Assembly: GCA_973895155.1 (NCBI GenBank) | Contig: OZ316896.1 | Coordinates: forward strand, 19,394,754-19,458,753 | Source of the DNA: Marsupella aquatica | Taxonomy: Eukaryota > Plantae > Marchantiophyta | Length of the DNA: 64,000 nt | Reading direction: 5' to 3' | Shown here: in pieces, positions 40,585-51,644 of the stretch | Position numbering within the stretch: position 1 is the first letter of the stretch | Layout: each line of letters starts with the position of its first letter | Translations under genes and position numbers: made by a program | The notes under the pieces: model-generated | The model's database searches: none | What the model saw: only the letters and a program-made list of their open reading frames with translations | What the model was told of the DNA's origin: nothing

Positions 40585-40989
40585 CTACTTTGACGATCGT
40601 ACTTGCTTGCTTGCTACTATTTGACGCCCAAATCTATCACGCATGGCACACCTAGAGTCGATCTGGTAGCGGTCATAGACGAGGAAGCACCTGATCTGCC
40701 CGTTTAGCTTTTCAACTATAAAATTCCTGTTCTGAGCTCCGTGAATGGCGATAAGCTCTTTGAGTATTTTGTCCTCCAGAGCTCGCCATGCCCTCGCAGA
40801 TAAGGTTTGGAGCCACTGCTGAGATCCAGCTCCAACTTCCCAGCCGAATACTAGCTCAGTATTGTCGTCATTTGTCTCGACGTTGTCCATACTCATCTCT
40901 CCTTCTGTGTCCGCATCGACGACTTGACGCACATGTTTTTTGGATGCATCGTTAGAGTAACCGCGAGTACAGGTCTCCAATGATTGCAC
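40585..40989 (-). CDS. Hypothetical antisense ORF inside the P-like element (unknown function; start uncertain)
   Basis: 134-codon open frame with protein-like composition, overlapping a second 62-aa frame (40952-41140). No recognised motif. Confidence 0.25.
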   Translation of the reverse strand: MQSLETCTRGYSNDASKKHVRQVVDADTEGEMSMDNVETNDDNTELVFGWEVGAGSQQWLQTLSARAWRALEDKILKELIAIHGAQNRNFIVEKLNGQIRCFLVYDRYQIDSRCAMRDRFGRQIVASKQVRSSK

Positions 40990-41644
40990 TTGCCATGATT
41001 GACCACCTTACATGATCTCCATCCATGGGCTGGACCCCAGGAAAAAAATCATGTAACTTGACTTCTGTCGTCCCCCACACACCCGCACAAATCTGGTTCT
41101 CTATTACATGCCTTGGTGTCCCGTTGGCTGGTTCCTGCAATTTTCTTTAAGTCATCTAGAAGAGAAGACTTCTTTAAGTGTTTACTCAGCCAGGGGGGAC
41201 CACAGCCTCCAGCCATACTGGGTGGCGGGCCTGGTCAAGACGTGGATGACGCTCGTGCTTGATTTTAAATTCTCTTTTGTTTCTCAAGCTTCTGGGCAAG
41301 GGCATTACCATTCTGGATTCTGAACTTGATCCTATTCAGGTTAGCTATTCAGGTCTGTTGAGCGATTGGGTTATTATTTTATTGCTGTAGTAACATGCAT
41401 GGCCAATTGGTTGTCTTCATGTAATGGGAAGTTTTTGAAACTTAGAAATTGAATGGTGGTTTCAATTTTGTTCACAGGTTGCAAAAGGAATTGTAGAGGT
41501 TGTCATCAGCGCTTGCAGCAGTGAGCACCAACACTTGCGGTGAAGCAGTTTGCTAGAACACATAGTGTACCTAGTGAATTGTAAGTTGCCTGTCATTGCA
41601 CGTCTAATCGTCTGGCCATTCACCGAGTATAAAAAAATAGTGCC

Positions 41645-42043
41645 ATGGCTATATTGGGCATTACATTAGAAGCGAATTATGAGAAGCTCCTTCTGCAGCA
41701 TCCAGATGAATGCTGCTGGTGTGAACCTTGTGTCAAGTGCAGGGTTGGTGATGGGAATTTTGAATGGTTCCATTGCTTCTGCTTGAAAATGCGTGGAAGG
41801 CTTGTTACTAGGACATACATGGGAAAGCATGGCAAAGTTGTCACACGTCGTTGGAAGTGCTCTTGTATAAGGCCAACCATTTGGCCTCAAAATGAGTGTC
41901 TTTTACGCAAGATTGTCATCCCGGACACGCTTGACATTGTAGTCCCTGATAGTATTCCACATTCAACTGAGCTTGATATTGTAGCCCCAGATAGTATATC
42001 AGATCAAGCTAAGGTTACAACCCATGGATGCTTGACATTGTAG
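41645..42043 (+). CDS. Small cargo ORF with a putative single PHD-like (ING-type) zinc finger, 132 aa
   Basis: CCWC-EP-CVKC...EWFHCFC...WKCSC follows a Cys4-His-Cys3 layout, and EWFH..C/W.C recalls ING PHD fingers. Good start context GCCATGG. C-terminal LDIV(V/A)PDSI repeats. Confidence 0.5.
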   Translation: MAILGITLEANYEKLLLQHPDECCWCEPCVKCRVGDGNFEWFHCFCLKMRGRLVTRTYMGKHGKVVTRRWKCSCIRPTIWPQNECLLRKIVIPDTLDIVVPDSIPHSTELDIVAPDSISDQAKVTTHGCLTL

Positions 42044-42359
42044 TCCTTGATAGTACATGGATGCGTTGTTCATATATGACTAGGCCTTTGTTTGCAAGGC
42101 TGCAATTGTACCATCCATGATATATGAGAATATTTTTCATTCCCATTATGTGGCAAAGTTTTGCAAGCTGGCATTGTATTTATGTATGTCTTGGTTGGTG
42201 GGTGTTCAGGTTGCACTGTGTAGTTGACTTCATCTGGGAGGGAGGTTTGCAGATCATTGGAGCAGGTGCTATGATTAACCTTATCTTTGTCTATGGATTG
42301 CTCACTATCATCATGTCCCCCTCATATGTGATGTGCTTTGTGATGATTGCAGTTGAACC

Positions 42360-43034
42360 ATGCCGACAAGGACTTCAAACATAAAGAAAGCAACACAGTC
42401 CTCTGACAGAGGAGCCTCTTTGGAAGAGGTATTGCGTATTCCGTTGTTCTCTGAGCAAGAGATTCTACAAACTAGCCCTCATGTTTGTGCAATTTGTGAG
42501 CATGGTGGGAAGTTGGTAATTTGTGATGGGCCATGTCACAGGCAATTTCATTATGTGGTTGGAGATGAAGCCCCTAATGACTCTTGCCCCTGTGTAGTCC
42601 TTCCCCTCCATCATGGAGGGAAGCCATGGTTTTGCCCAAATTGTAACCAGGACCAGGCCATGTGTTATGGGTGCCGCACTGTGGGACCGTCACCTACAAT
42701 TGTGCGAAAATGCTCTGATCGTTTTTGTGTACGATTTTATTGCTTTGGGTGTTTGGTAGCTGATGCAAAGTCCTGCCCACTGCATACATGTGTGACATGT
42801 TATCAGAGTCTTGAGGGTCAGATGGTCAAGAACATGGTACAATGTCTACGATGTCCAAATGCCTGGCATACAGATTGTCTCCAGATGATCAAAAGCAAAG
42901 GGTTCGCTCATGATAGGGACATCTGGGACCATGAAGCACATGGACAACAGCGACAGATGTTTTATTGCCCCCGTCATCCTATTGATCCACACCTCAAGAC
43001 TCCAATCAGGGACCACATTTCATGGCTCCAATGA
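42360..43034 (+). CDS. Stand-alone EDM2/NSD-type composite PHD finger protein, 224 aa (transposon cargo)
   Basis: VCAICEHGGKLVICDGPCHRQFH..WFCPNC..CYGC..CSDRFCVRFYCFGC..CPLHTCVTC..CLRCPNAWHTDCL..FYCPRHPIDPHLKTPIRDHI parallels the Arabidopsis EDM2 PHD region as I recall it (VCAICDNGG..CEGSC..FH..CPNC..CPLHKC..CRRCP..H..C..YC..H.ID..L.TP.RDH). Splice acceptor TTGCAG at 42347-42352 just before the ATG, with an in-frame TGA upstream. Confidence 0.85.
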   Translation: MPTRTSNIKKATQSSDRGASLEEVLRIPLFSEQEILQTSPHVCAICEHGGKLVICDGPCHRQFHYVVGDEAPNDSCPCVVLPLHHGGKPWFCPNCNQDQAMCYGCRTVGPSPTIVRKCSDRFCVRFYCFGCLVADAKSCPLHTCVTCYQSLEGQMVKNMVQCLRCPNAWHTDCLQMIKSKGFAHDRDIWDHEAHGQQRQMFYCPRHPIDPHLKTPIRDHISWLQ

Positions 43035-43529
43035 TCTGAATAATGAACAAACCTATTACTTAGGTTTCAACGTCTTAGTGGGGTATGAGCAAGGCACATA
43101 CTTAAGGTGCATCATGGGTGGTAGTACCCAATTTTATTAGTGTTGACATTTTGTCATAATTAAGGTCACTAATAGTGCTGCATTTTGATGAGCAGAAGCA
43201 CTAAACTTCGGGAATTGTTAGAAAAGCAGGCGAAAAGGATATTTTGTCCAAAGATATTTTATCCAACTTTAGCGGTATATCATGATTTTCACTGAATACA
43301 TTTGCATGTATGATGGATTGCATTATAAAGTGTTTTGGCCTATTAGCACTTCTATTGTTAAATGTATGCTGACATTATGTACATTACATGAGAATGTGTA
43401 TGTTGTCATTGCATCTCTTGAAGATCCTAATGTGTTTCCCTTGTGTGTATTTCAAATGTATTTGTGCAGGTCTTTCTGTTATCAACTCCAAAAGCAATGG
43501 TGCTATGCATGTTCTAGATTTGTATTGCA

Positions 43530-46500
43530 ATGGCAGCCCCTAAACCCAACTCTGTTAAATTAATACGCAAAGTTGGGGATGACAAGGCTGATTTACCAAT
43601 TTGTGTTTTGTCATTCAAAGAAGGACACACCCTACATGATTTTAGGGCTCGTATTGCCTCTACTCTAGACTTTGACTTTGATTTTTGGGATGAGAGACTT
43701 CCTGGTCGAGTGAAACTTGTACATGAGAAATTAATTGATCTGTCTGAGCTGGATGGAAGAGTTATTGTTGTACAACAAGAACTTGGAGATGGTGGGAGGA
43801 TCCCACCAGTACCCTGTCATCCTTGCACTCCTGCATCATTGGGTCCAAATACTGGGACACCACAACTGGGGCCAACGGCACTAGCACCCTCCCCTGTAAG
43901 GGCTTCTTTTGAGTCACAATTGATGGGAGATGTCCCATCAAAGCTATGGAAAGATGAGTGGATGAGGTTAGAGAAATGGGTACATAAGAAGGGTTATGGT
44001 GATCACAATTGGAGAATTCGTACCTGGGATGAGGGGACAGATGTTCGAGGGCATCTGGAGTGTCTTGAATGTAGGGAAACTTATGGCAATGCAGACAACT
44101 CTCAGAACCCTAAATCCATCTCCAATTGCTTTAGTAATTTTAAGACCAAACACTTGGTCTTCAATAAGCACAAGGATAACTATTGTCGGAGAAGGGGCAT
44201 TCCTTCTACTTTGGTTCAGGTAGCAGACATCTCTGAGAAGCCAGAATATGATCATGCAGACGCCATCAAAGTAGGTGTTGAGATAGTTCAACGATTGAAT
44301 GCTGAGCTTGGGGATGATGGCAAACTATTCTCTATTGTTCCTGATCCCAGTACTCCTGAGTATGTAAACAGGTCTTTCCTGTTTAAGGTTCGATGTACTG
44401 TCTGTGGAATGCTTCACACTGACTTGTGCCCCAAGAAGCTTACCTTGGAGCCCAATTTGAGGACACACTTAGTGAGTCGAGATCACTTGGATGCATTGGA
44501 GACTAGGCATGACACAAAAATGCTTGCCTTGAGGTCTGGGAAGAGGGGCAGGCCAAAGAGGACTGATTCTAGGGACCTACATCCTGGTCAGAGCGGGATT
44601 TTGAAGTTCTTTAAAGATGATGGGTCCCGGACAGGCAGCAGTTCAGGTTCAGGTTCAGGTGTGTGTGAATCTGTTGATCTTGGTCTGAGTTTGCTTTGCT
44701 GGGGATTATGGGTAGAGAGAGGTGTGCCTCGACTGTTATGGAAGGGTATATCTTATGATATTTCTGGCATTTTAGATGATCAGTCTGGGGGAATTACATG
44801 GCATTGTGAGCCAAGTTGTTGCTTGGATGTTTTCCATCCAAGTAGAGAGAGTGTTGTGAGTATAGCAGGCTGTTTTAGACACAAGGATTGCTTGAGGTTA
44901 TCACAGAATGGAGGAGGATTTGAAAATCTAACTTGTAGTGAATGTGATTCTATAACACTAGAAGATGATTTTCGTGGACGGGTGCACAGGGAAGCGGAAG
45001 CAGTAGTCCACAGAGGGAGCCGAACCACTGCTGGTGGTATACGTTTGGATTATTTGACCAACACAGAGTTAAGAGATCAAGTGCACAACCTGAACTCTGT
45101 GCGACGAAAAGAGCGTTGGTTGTTAGCTTTGCAGGCTCAGAAAGTATGTGCCTTGAGCACCAGGAAACGAAAACTAGAGGAGTTGTTAGGAGTTGCAGTA
45201 GACAGGAAGGATTTGAGATTGTTTCTTAGGAGTATTTTGAATGGACACAGGAATGGTGCATTTGGTGGTAAGGAGGGTTTGTGGGATTTCTTGAAGGATG
45301 TAGCTCGCAATTTAGGCAGGAAGCCAAAAGGTAATCGTTACAGTAATAGGACTCGAGCTATTGCTCAGGCTATGTTCCAATTTGGGGGCCGTCAAGTTGC
45401 TCATTGTTTTGCACGAAACTTGACAGCCCCTAGCCTTGTGACCCTAAAACGTGATAGAGCAAAACTCACACCTTTTCGAACCGGGTTACGGAAGGAAACC
45501 TTTCAGGAGATTGCTAGAGTGTTGTCTGCTGCAAAGCACTCATTGGGCATTGAGGGGGATGTGCCTGTTATCTTTGCTGAGGATGAAACAAGGATCAAAG
45601 AACGCCCTAGGTAATTGGAACTGGACATTTTTCCAATTGTTTTTTTAATGACTTTACAAGTAGCACTTGGCTGGAATTGCTGTGATATTGAAAAATTGCA
45701 TGTCTGTGTTTCAGGTGGGAGGCAAAGTATGATACTCTCATTGGTTTCTGTGGACCTTCAGAGCAGCATGTATGCTCCTATGGTTTGGAAATTCTAGTTG
45801 GTGAAGGTGATGAGGGGTATGATAAAATTGTAAGTACATTTGAACAATGCCCCAAGTGCATGTATGCCCGAGTTGTGATTGTGAATCCTCTGCATGAGTC
45901 CTTACCTAAATTGGCTGTGTGTGCACTTCCAACTTGTAATAAGTTCACAGCTTCTTGGGTACGAGAGCATTGGGTCCAGTTAAAGGCTTTTTGGGATGAA
46001 TATTGTAGAGCTATGGTAGGCCCTTTGCTTGGACATGCTAGTGATGGTGATGCACGTCGCCGAAAGCTGATGCTGGAAGATTACAGAGGGCAGAATGGAT
46101 CATACCCAAGGTACGGAGTTGGGTGGGAAGGGTGGACATACTCTGTTTCAATTCTACCAAATGGAGATTTGTATGGCTTTGGTGACCAAGACCAACCTCA
46201 TAATGGGAAAAAGATGATAAACCCCTTAGACAGAGTGTCTTCTTTACTGGTGCTAGGAGATCAACATGCATCTTTATCTTATGTAGCTAATGTCTACAAT
46301 CATTATCCAATTCATGAACATGGCATGGCTTGGGATGATGTGAATAGGACTGACCGGCAGAATTGGGCAGGTCCACAACGAATAGCAGCAAGAAGAGTGC
46401 AGCAATGTCTGAAAGATATGTATGAGAGGAGAGATGTACAACATGAACGAAGTTTAGGAACTCAGTTGTACTTGGAGATTTGTGCAGATTACTTAGATAT

Positions 46501-48106
46501 TTTCTTTTCTCCAGTTCATGATTTGAGGTCCCGTATTGTGTTAGCATCCAAGGTTTCATTCTTTCTACGTTTGTGGAGATTGTGGTTGAGGTTTGGTGAC
46601 CATTCAGTGGGTGGGAACTTTGCAGCACACACTGAGAAAGACATGATGTCTATTCAGGCTTTTCATGATGTTAACATGTCATGTCATTTCATTGTGCTGT
46701 TAATTTGTGCCTTTCGAGATAAGTTCCCACATCTAGGTGTTCCCTTCCACTTGCTAGGTTCAGATTGTTGTGAGATTTTCTTCAGCAAGGTAGGAGGCAT
46801 GAGTGGCCATGAGCGGAATTATGATTTTGGCTCTCTATTGGATAGTGCTGTTGGACTGAACCGGCTTGCTGCCCTAGAATATGGACCAGAAGGCTTGAAG
46901 ATAGGTCGTTCACATAAGAAACAAGATCATGTATGGGGGAAGATTCATCCTATAGGGGAAGGGGAGGAAGCACCAAATCTACTTGACTATTCTCTCATTG
47001 AGACTAATGAATTAGTGGTTGCAGCCCTTAAAGAAGGTTTTGTTGCTGCTAAGGATCTTATGCATCAATTGCAGATGTCTCCACGAAGTTCCTTACCAGC
47101 AGCTAGAAAGAGATGGTGGACATGTCCTTGGGTTGTGGAAAGTGAGACCTGGCCACTAGAGGTGGTTCTGAAGGAAGCAATTGTTTGCAATGATTCTGAG
47201 GAGCAAGTAGAGCACCAACCACCAGACATAGGTCCTCGCCCAACTGGAGATTTTCATGAATTGGAAGATCCTGAGGATGATCTGAATAGAATAGATGCAT
47301 GGTTAACAGAACCAGATCCCATTGTTGTTCCTGAGATGCATTCAGATGATGTACACAGAGATGATATACAGTTTGATGTAGACCCCTCAGATGAGCTTGA
47401 GACATTAGGTCATGAAGTTCGGCATGTGTTTGGATCAATTGTCCATGCTGTAACTAATGTACAGAATCGTACCAAGGTAGTGCCTACTGTTACTTATGAA
47501 GGCAAGGTGATTTACAAATCCACTCTGGTAAGCCAGTTGGTAGGAAATCCGCATTTGTCAAAAGATAGGCTGACAAGGGTGAAACAAGTGCTATACTATA
47601 GTACTGGCAAGAGAAAAGTGCAAGAAGTCAATCCTAACTCATGTTTTGTTGATGTTGGCACTGATTGTGCAATTGCATTTGAGTCTGATGATAGTCCTGC
47701 TCCAAGTACTAGATCTGGAAAAAGAAAGGGAGGAAAGAATAAGGTTGTGGTGGAGGCAATCTCAGCAGGTAAGAAATATTTTTGGTTGGGTCGGATTGTC
47801 CAAATGAGACAGAAGTATGGCAGTAGGTGGGGCAATTGTCGGTCACCAATTGATTTGATGGATAGGCCAACTCCACTTGCAGGGCAATCAGGTAACATTT
47901 GTGAACTGTTGTTAAATTGGTATAGTCCTATTGGTAAGAGCAAAAGTGAATTCAGATATGATACCACTGATTTGAAATGGATGGATATTGAAATGGTCAT
48001 TGCTAGTGTTAGTTTAACCATGAAAGAAGGGGTTATGGATCGTATCTATGTGTTGGATCCAATAGATAGACGTGCTTTGGATCAGTATCTTCAAACAATG
48101 GTATGA
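43530..48106 (+). CDS. P-element-like DDE transposase, 2 exons (43530-45610, 45715-48106), 1490 aa
   Basis: A 104-bp GT..AG intron (45611-45714) joins ORFs 43530 and 45785 in frame (..ERPR/WEAKYDTLIGFCG..). Candidate catalytic motifs FAEDET, HASDGD, DQPHNGKK (P-type DxxH) and GSDCCEIFFSKVGG (cf. P/THAP9 QDxLExxFxxxR). Two C2H2-like fingers and an AT-hook (KRGRPKR) lie N-terminally. Confidence 0.85.
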
Positions 48107-48232
48107 ATATCATGTTACTGTTTAGTTTTTGAGAGTCTGTATATATGTTTTATTTTGTTGTTTAGTTTTTGAGAGTCTGTATATATGTTTTATTTTGTTA
48201 ATATTAGTGGGTGTAGTGGGATAGGATAGGGG

Positions 48233-48292
48233 GTGACGGATTGGCAACTTGAGATCCTTTCTCAATTAGGGGTTCAATTCCCCTCCGTCACA
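48233..48292 (+). ncRNA. D-armless tRNA-like structure (59 nt plus discriminator) downstream of the transposase
   Basis: Acceptor stem GTGACGG/CCGTCAC (7/7 pairs), 9-nt linker, stem TTGAG/CTCAA with a 7-nt loop, and T-arm AGGGG-TTCAATT-CCCCT. No evidence of expression. Confidence 0.5.
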
Positions 48293-50477
48293 TGTTACAT
48301 CTCTCAACATAAGTTTTAAATGGAGTATGGATGGAGCATGGGATTGGTGATCAATGGGTGGAATGGATTATTTATGTTGTGACCTTAAAGGCCATCCCAC
48401 TTATGCACGTAAGGTTTATATTGGGATGACCTTTTAGGTACACAATATAAATGATGCATTGAAATGATCAAAGTTTAAGGTCGACAAAGGTGCAAGAACT
48501 GTTGCAGGGCGTGCCATGTCTGACATACGACTTCACAAGGTACTGACATAGACTTATCTTTTCTTTCTAGGCATTTTATATTGATATGTGACACTTTACT
48601 TCACAAATTATAGGGGCAATACAATTTGGATTTTAGACTCTTAGAAGAAAGAAAGAGGGAGGAAAAAAAATTTTCAACTTAATAAGTATGGGGGTCTAGG
48701 CATGAAAACGTCGCAGGTGATGGGGGGGTCCTCCATATAGTGAGACCCCCGAGTATGCCTTGTAAGCTCCTGGAGTCCCGTCCATTATCAGCACATAAAC
48801 TTGACTTGACAGTGAGTCCCTCTTCTATTCAAACAAAGATCCATCAATACTGCTGTAGCCAGAGTCCCTCACACAGTCCACTCCATTACCAGGGCATCAC
48901 TTTGAATAGCATGCTTCTATTCAAACAAACATCAATGAAGAATGATTTGTTTGAAAATTACTTTTCAAAATTAAAATCCCTTCTAATGGACTCAAATATA
49001 AATCTTTGAACCCGTCTTTGAAAGCCAGTGTCTGTAGAGCGTCAATTAAAATAAAAAAAGCTAATGTAATGTTCATTGTTACTACATAAACAATATCAAT
49101 CCAAATCAGCCTAAAACAAATAGCTCAAGTTTGCACTATTAATGTCTGAATCTCCTTCATATTTTGTGACTACCAGGAATTGCCCTCCCTTCCACCAATA
49201 GGCTATGCTTCTACAACTCTTGCTGTGCTTCAATGGACTTCCCACAAACCTTTCCAGCAATCCCATGTCTACAACCCCTATAAGGAACCTTTTGGACCAG
49301 GGGTCTTGTAGCTGAGCACATATATTTTTGTGTACCCATATAACTATCTTGAACAGGTATACTTAGGAAGCATGAGCCAGGCATTACAAAATTTTAGTGT
49401 GACTGGATGAATTGAACACACACAATGAGGGTGGGCACATTTGCATGATATTAAATTTCCTTGACAGTGTGTATGGCAGAACCTGGTTGCTTCAATTGGT
49501 GAACTTCCTAAATTGCATAGTTATTCTTTGTCATGTCACTACCAAGGACCGACCAGGGTGACATGGGACTCCATGGTAAGCCCAACTGTGTGGTCCGTAG
49601 ATGACCTCACAAGAACATGGTTCTACTCCAAGGGACCCTGGGACTCTGGGAGTGAATCGGAATCATTTGGTCCAATGTGAGAGAATCTAACTTTGGTCCA
49701 GAGGAAAGAAAGTTAGAGGTCCACTAACTATGGGAGGGAATCTGACTCATCTGGTCCATAGGGGAAGAAAGTTAGAGGTCCACTAACTATATTTCTCTTG
49801 TCATATGAGAGAAGATTCGTCTTAATTTCATGAGGACAAGTGTGAAAAGATTCTTTCAGTTTATGAGGACAAGTATTTTACGTGGACAAGAATCTACTTG
49901 TCAAGCTTATGTCCTATTCTCACTGTCCGTTCTGCTGTGAAATATCTCATGGGGACCTTCTCAATTCTCAAAGTCCAGGCAAAAGAAAAAGTCACTTTTT
50001 CGAAATGTCCAGCAACGGCTTGACAAAAGAGAGTGCCTTCGAAGAAGGACCGCTCCAAGTGTCCAAGAGAGCGAATCGGTCTAAGGGACTGATGAGATGT
50101 TGGTAGGAATTTTAGCTTCAGAATAATGTCGGTTTGGGTTGTTCAAATTAAGTGCTGGTCCGGAAGTCTGGCGTCACATGATTTCGGCTTGACCAGGACT
50201 GCAGCCAGGTCCTGCCTATGAAGATTCCCTATTGTTCCTACATTTGACCTGGGATCTATCAATCGCTGTAAGAGCGAGGATAAAAGTACCAACCCATCTC
50301 CAAGTCCGATCAAACAGCCACTCCATTTCCAGAACCGAGCTAAGCTGAAAGATCAGTGAAACTCTCGATTCTGAATCTCCTTCGGCTTATCGGTTCGGAA
50401 TTCCAGACAATTATCATCTTCCATCCAAGTTCTGCGTCAGTGTCTTCAATTCTTGATAGAGTTCAGTTCTTCCTACC

Positions 50478-51644
50478 ATGGCGGTCTATCAGCACCAGAG
50501 AGCCGAAGGGCCAGCCACCGTACTCGCCATTGGCAAGGCTGTTCCGCCAACTGCGTATCCTCAGAGTGAGTATGCGGATTTCTTCTTCGACATCACGAAT
50601 TGCAATGAGAAGACTGCGCTCAAGTCGAAGTTCGCCCGTATCTGCAAAAACTCTGGAATCAACCAGAGGTACTTCCATTGCACCGAGGAGGTGCTGAAGG
50701 CCAATCCAGCGATGTGTACGTACAAGGATGCTTCCCTCGATGTTCGCCAGGACATTGCCATCAAGGAGGTACCCAGGCTAGCAGCAAAGGCCGCAGAGCA
50801 GGCTCTCGAAGAATGGGGCCAACCCAGAGAGAACATTACGCATGTAGTTTTTGCTACCACCAGTGGTGTCAACATGCCTGGAGCGGATCTCACTCTTACC
50901 AGACTCCTCGGGTTGAACCCGAATGTCAAGCGCACCATGCTGTATCAGCAAGGGTGTTTTGGAGGAGCCACAGTTCTGCGTGTAGCTAAAGATTTGGCTG
51001 AGAACAACAAAGGTGCTCGAGTTCTGACCGTAGTCAGCGAACTCACGTGTGTGACATTCAGAGCGCCTAATGAGGAGCACCTGGACAACTTGGTCGGGTC
51101 GGCAATCTTTGGCGATGGAGCTTCAGTGCTGGTCATCGGCTCTGACCCGCTCAAGGTGGAGAAGCCTCTCTACGAAGTCCACTGGTCAGGAGAAACCATC
51201 CTTCCTGAGAGCGATGGTGCCATTGAGGGCCGACTGACACAAGCTGGTCTGATGTTTCATTTGCTGAAGGACGTTCCCGGTATCATTTCAAGGAATACAT
51301 TACCCATATTCAATGCTGCTCAATCTCAAATGACCGGGTCTCCCGGCTGGAATGATATCTTCTGGGTTGTGCACCCGGGAGGTCGTGCCATCCTTGATGA
51401 ACTGGAGAAGGCCTTGAGTTTGAAGCCTGAGAAGCTGAAAGCTACCAGAGATGTGCTCTATGACTACGGCAACATGTCTGGCGCTAGTGTTCTGTTTGTG
51501 CTCGACCAAATGAGAAATCTATCGGTTCAAAAGAACAGTACGACTACAGGTGAAGGGGCTGAGTGGGGAATTGTTGTGGCTTTCGGACCAGGCTTGACCG
51601 TGGAGGTATCAGTGTTAAGAAGTATCGGCTCACCTTCATTGTGA
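50478..51644 (+). CDS. Type III polyketide synthase, CHS/STCS-like (PKS2), 388 aa, intronless
   Basis: Same Cys-His-Asn triad and motifs as PKS1. Protein is well over 90% identical to PKS1 by eye, with many synonymous differences. Confidence 0.96.
   Translation: MAVYQHQRAEGPATVLAIGKAVPPTAYPQSEYADFFFDITNCNEKTALKSKFARICKNSGINQRYFHCTEEVLKANPAMCTYKDASLDVRQDIAIKEVPRLAAKAAEQALEEWGQPRENITHVVFATTSGVNMPGADLTLTRLLGLNPNVKRTMLYQQGCFGGATVLRVAKDLAENNKGARVLTVVSELTCVTFRAPNEEHLDNLVGSAIFGDGASVLVIGSDPLKVEKPLYEVHWSGETILPESDGAIEGRLTQAGLMFHLLKDVPGIISRNTLPIFNAAQSQMTGSPGWNDIFWVVHPGGRAILDELEKALSLKPEKLKATRDVLYDYGNMSGASVLFVLDQMRNLSVQKNSTTTGEGAEWGIVVAFGPGLTVEVSVLRSIGSPSL

Larger units (their letters stand above)
38990..48753 (+). 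mobile_element. Intact-looking 9764-bp P-element-like DNA transposon with PHD-finger cargo ORFs
   Basis: Perfect 15-bp TIRs CTCGGGGGTCTCACT (38990-39004) / AGTGAGACCCCCGAG (48739-48753). 8-bp TSD TATGCCTT (38982-38989, 48754-48761). Subterminal 13-bp inverted motif ATCACSTGCGACG (39020-39032, 48709-48721). Encloses a DDE transposase gene. Confidence 0.92.

Noticed and set aside
45615-45797. 60-aa ORF between the two large transposase ORFs
   Set aside because: It mostly overlaps the predicted 104-bp intron and is out of frame with exon 2.
38972-48762. Alternative element boundaries using CAAGGC...GCCTTG as P-like CA..TG termini
   Set aside because: No TSD flanks these ends, whereas 38990/48753 give perfect TIRs plus an exact 8-bp TSD.
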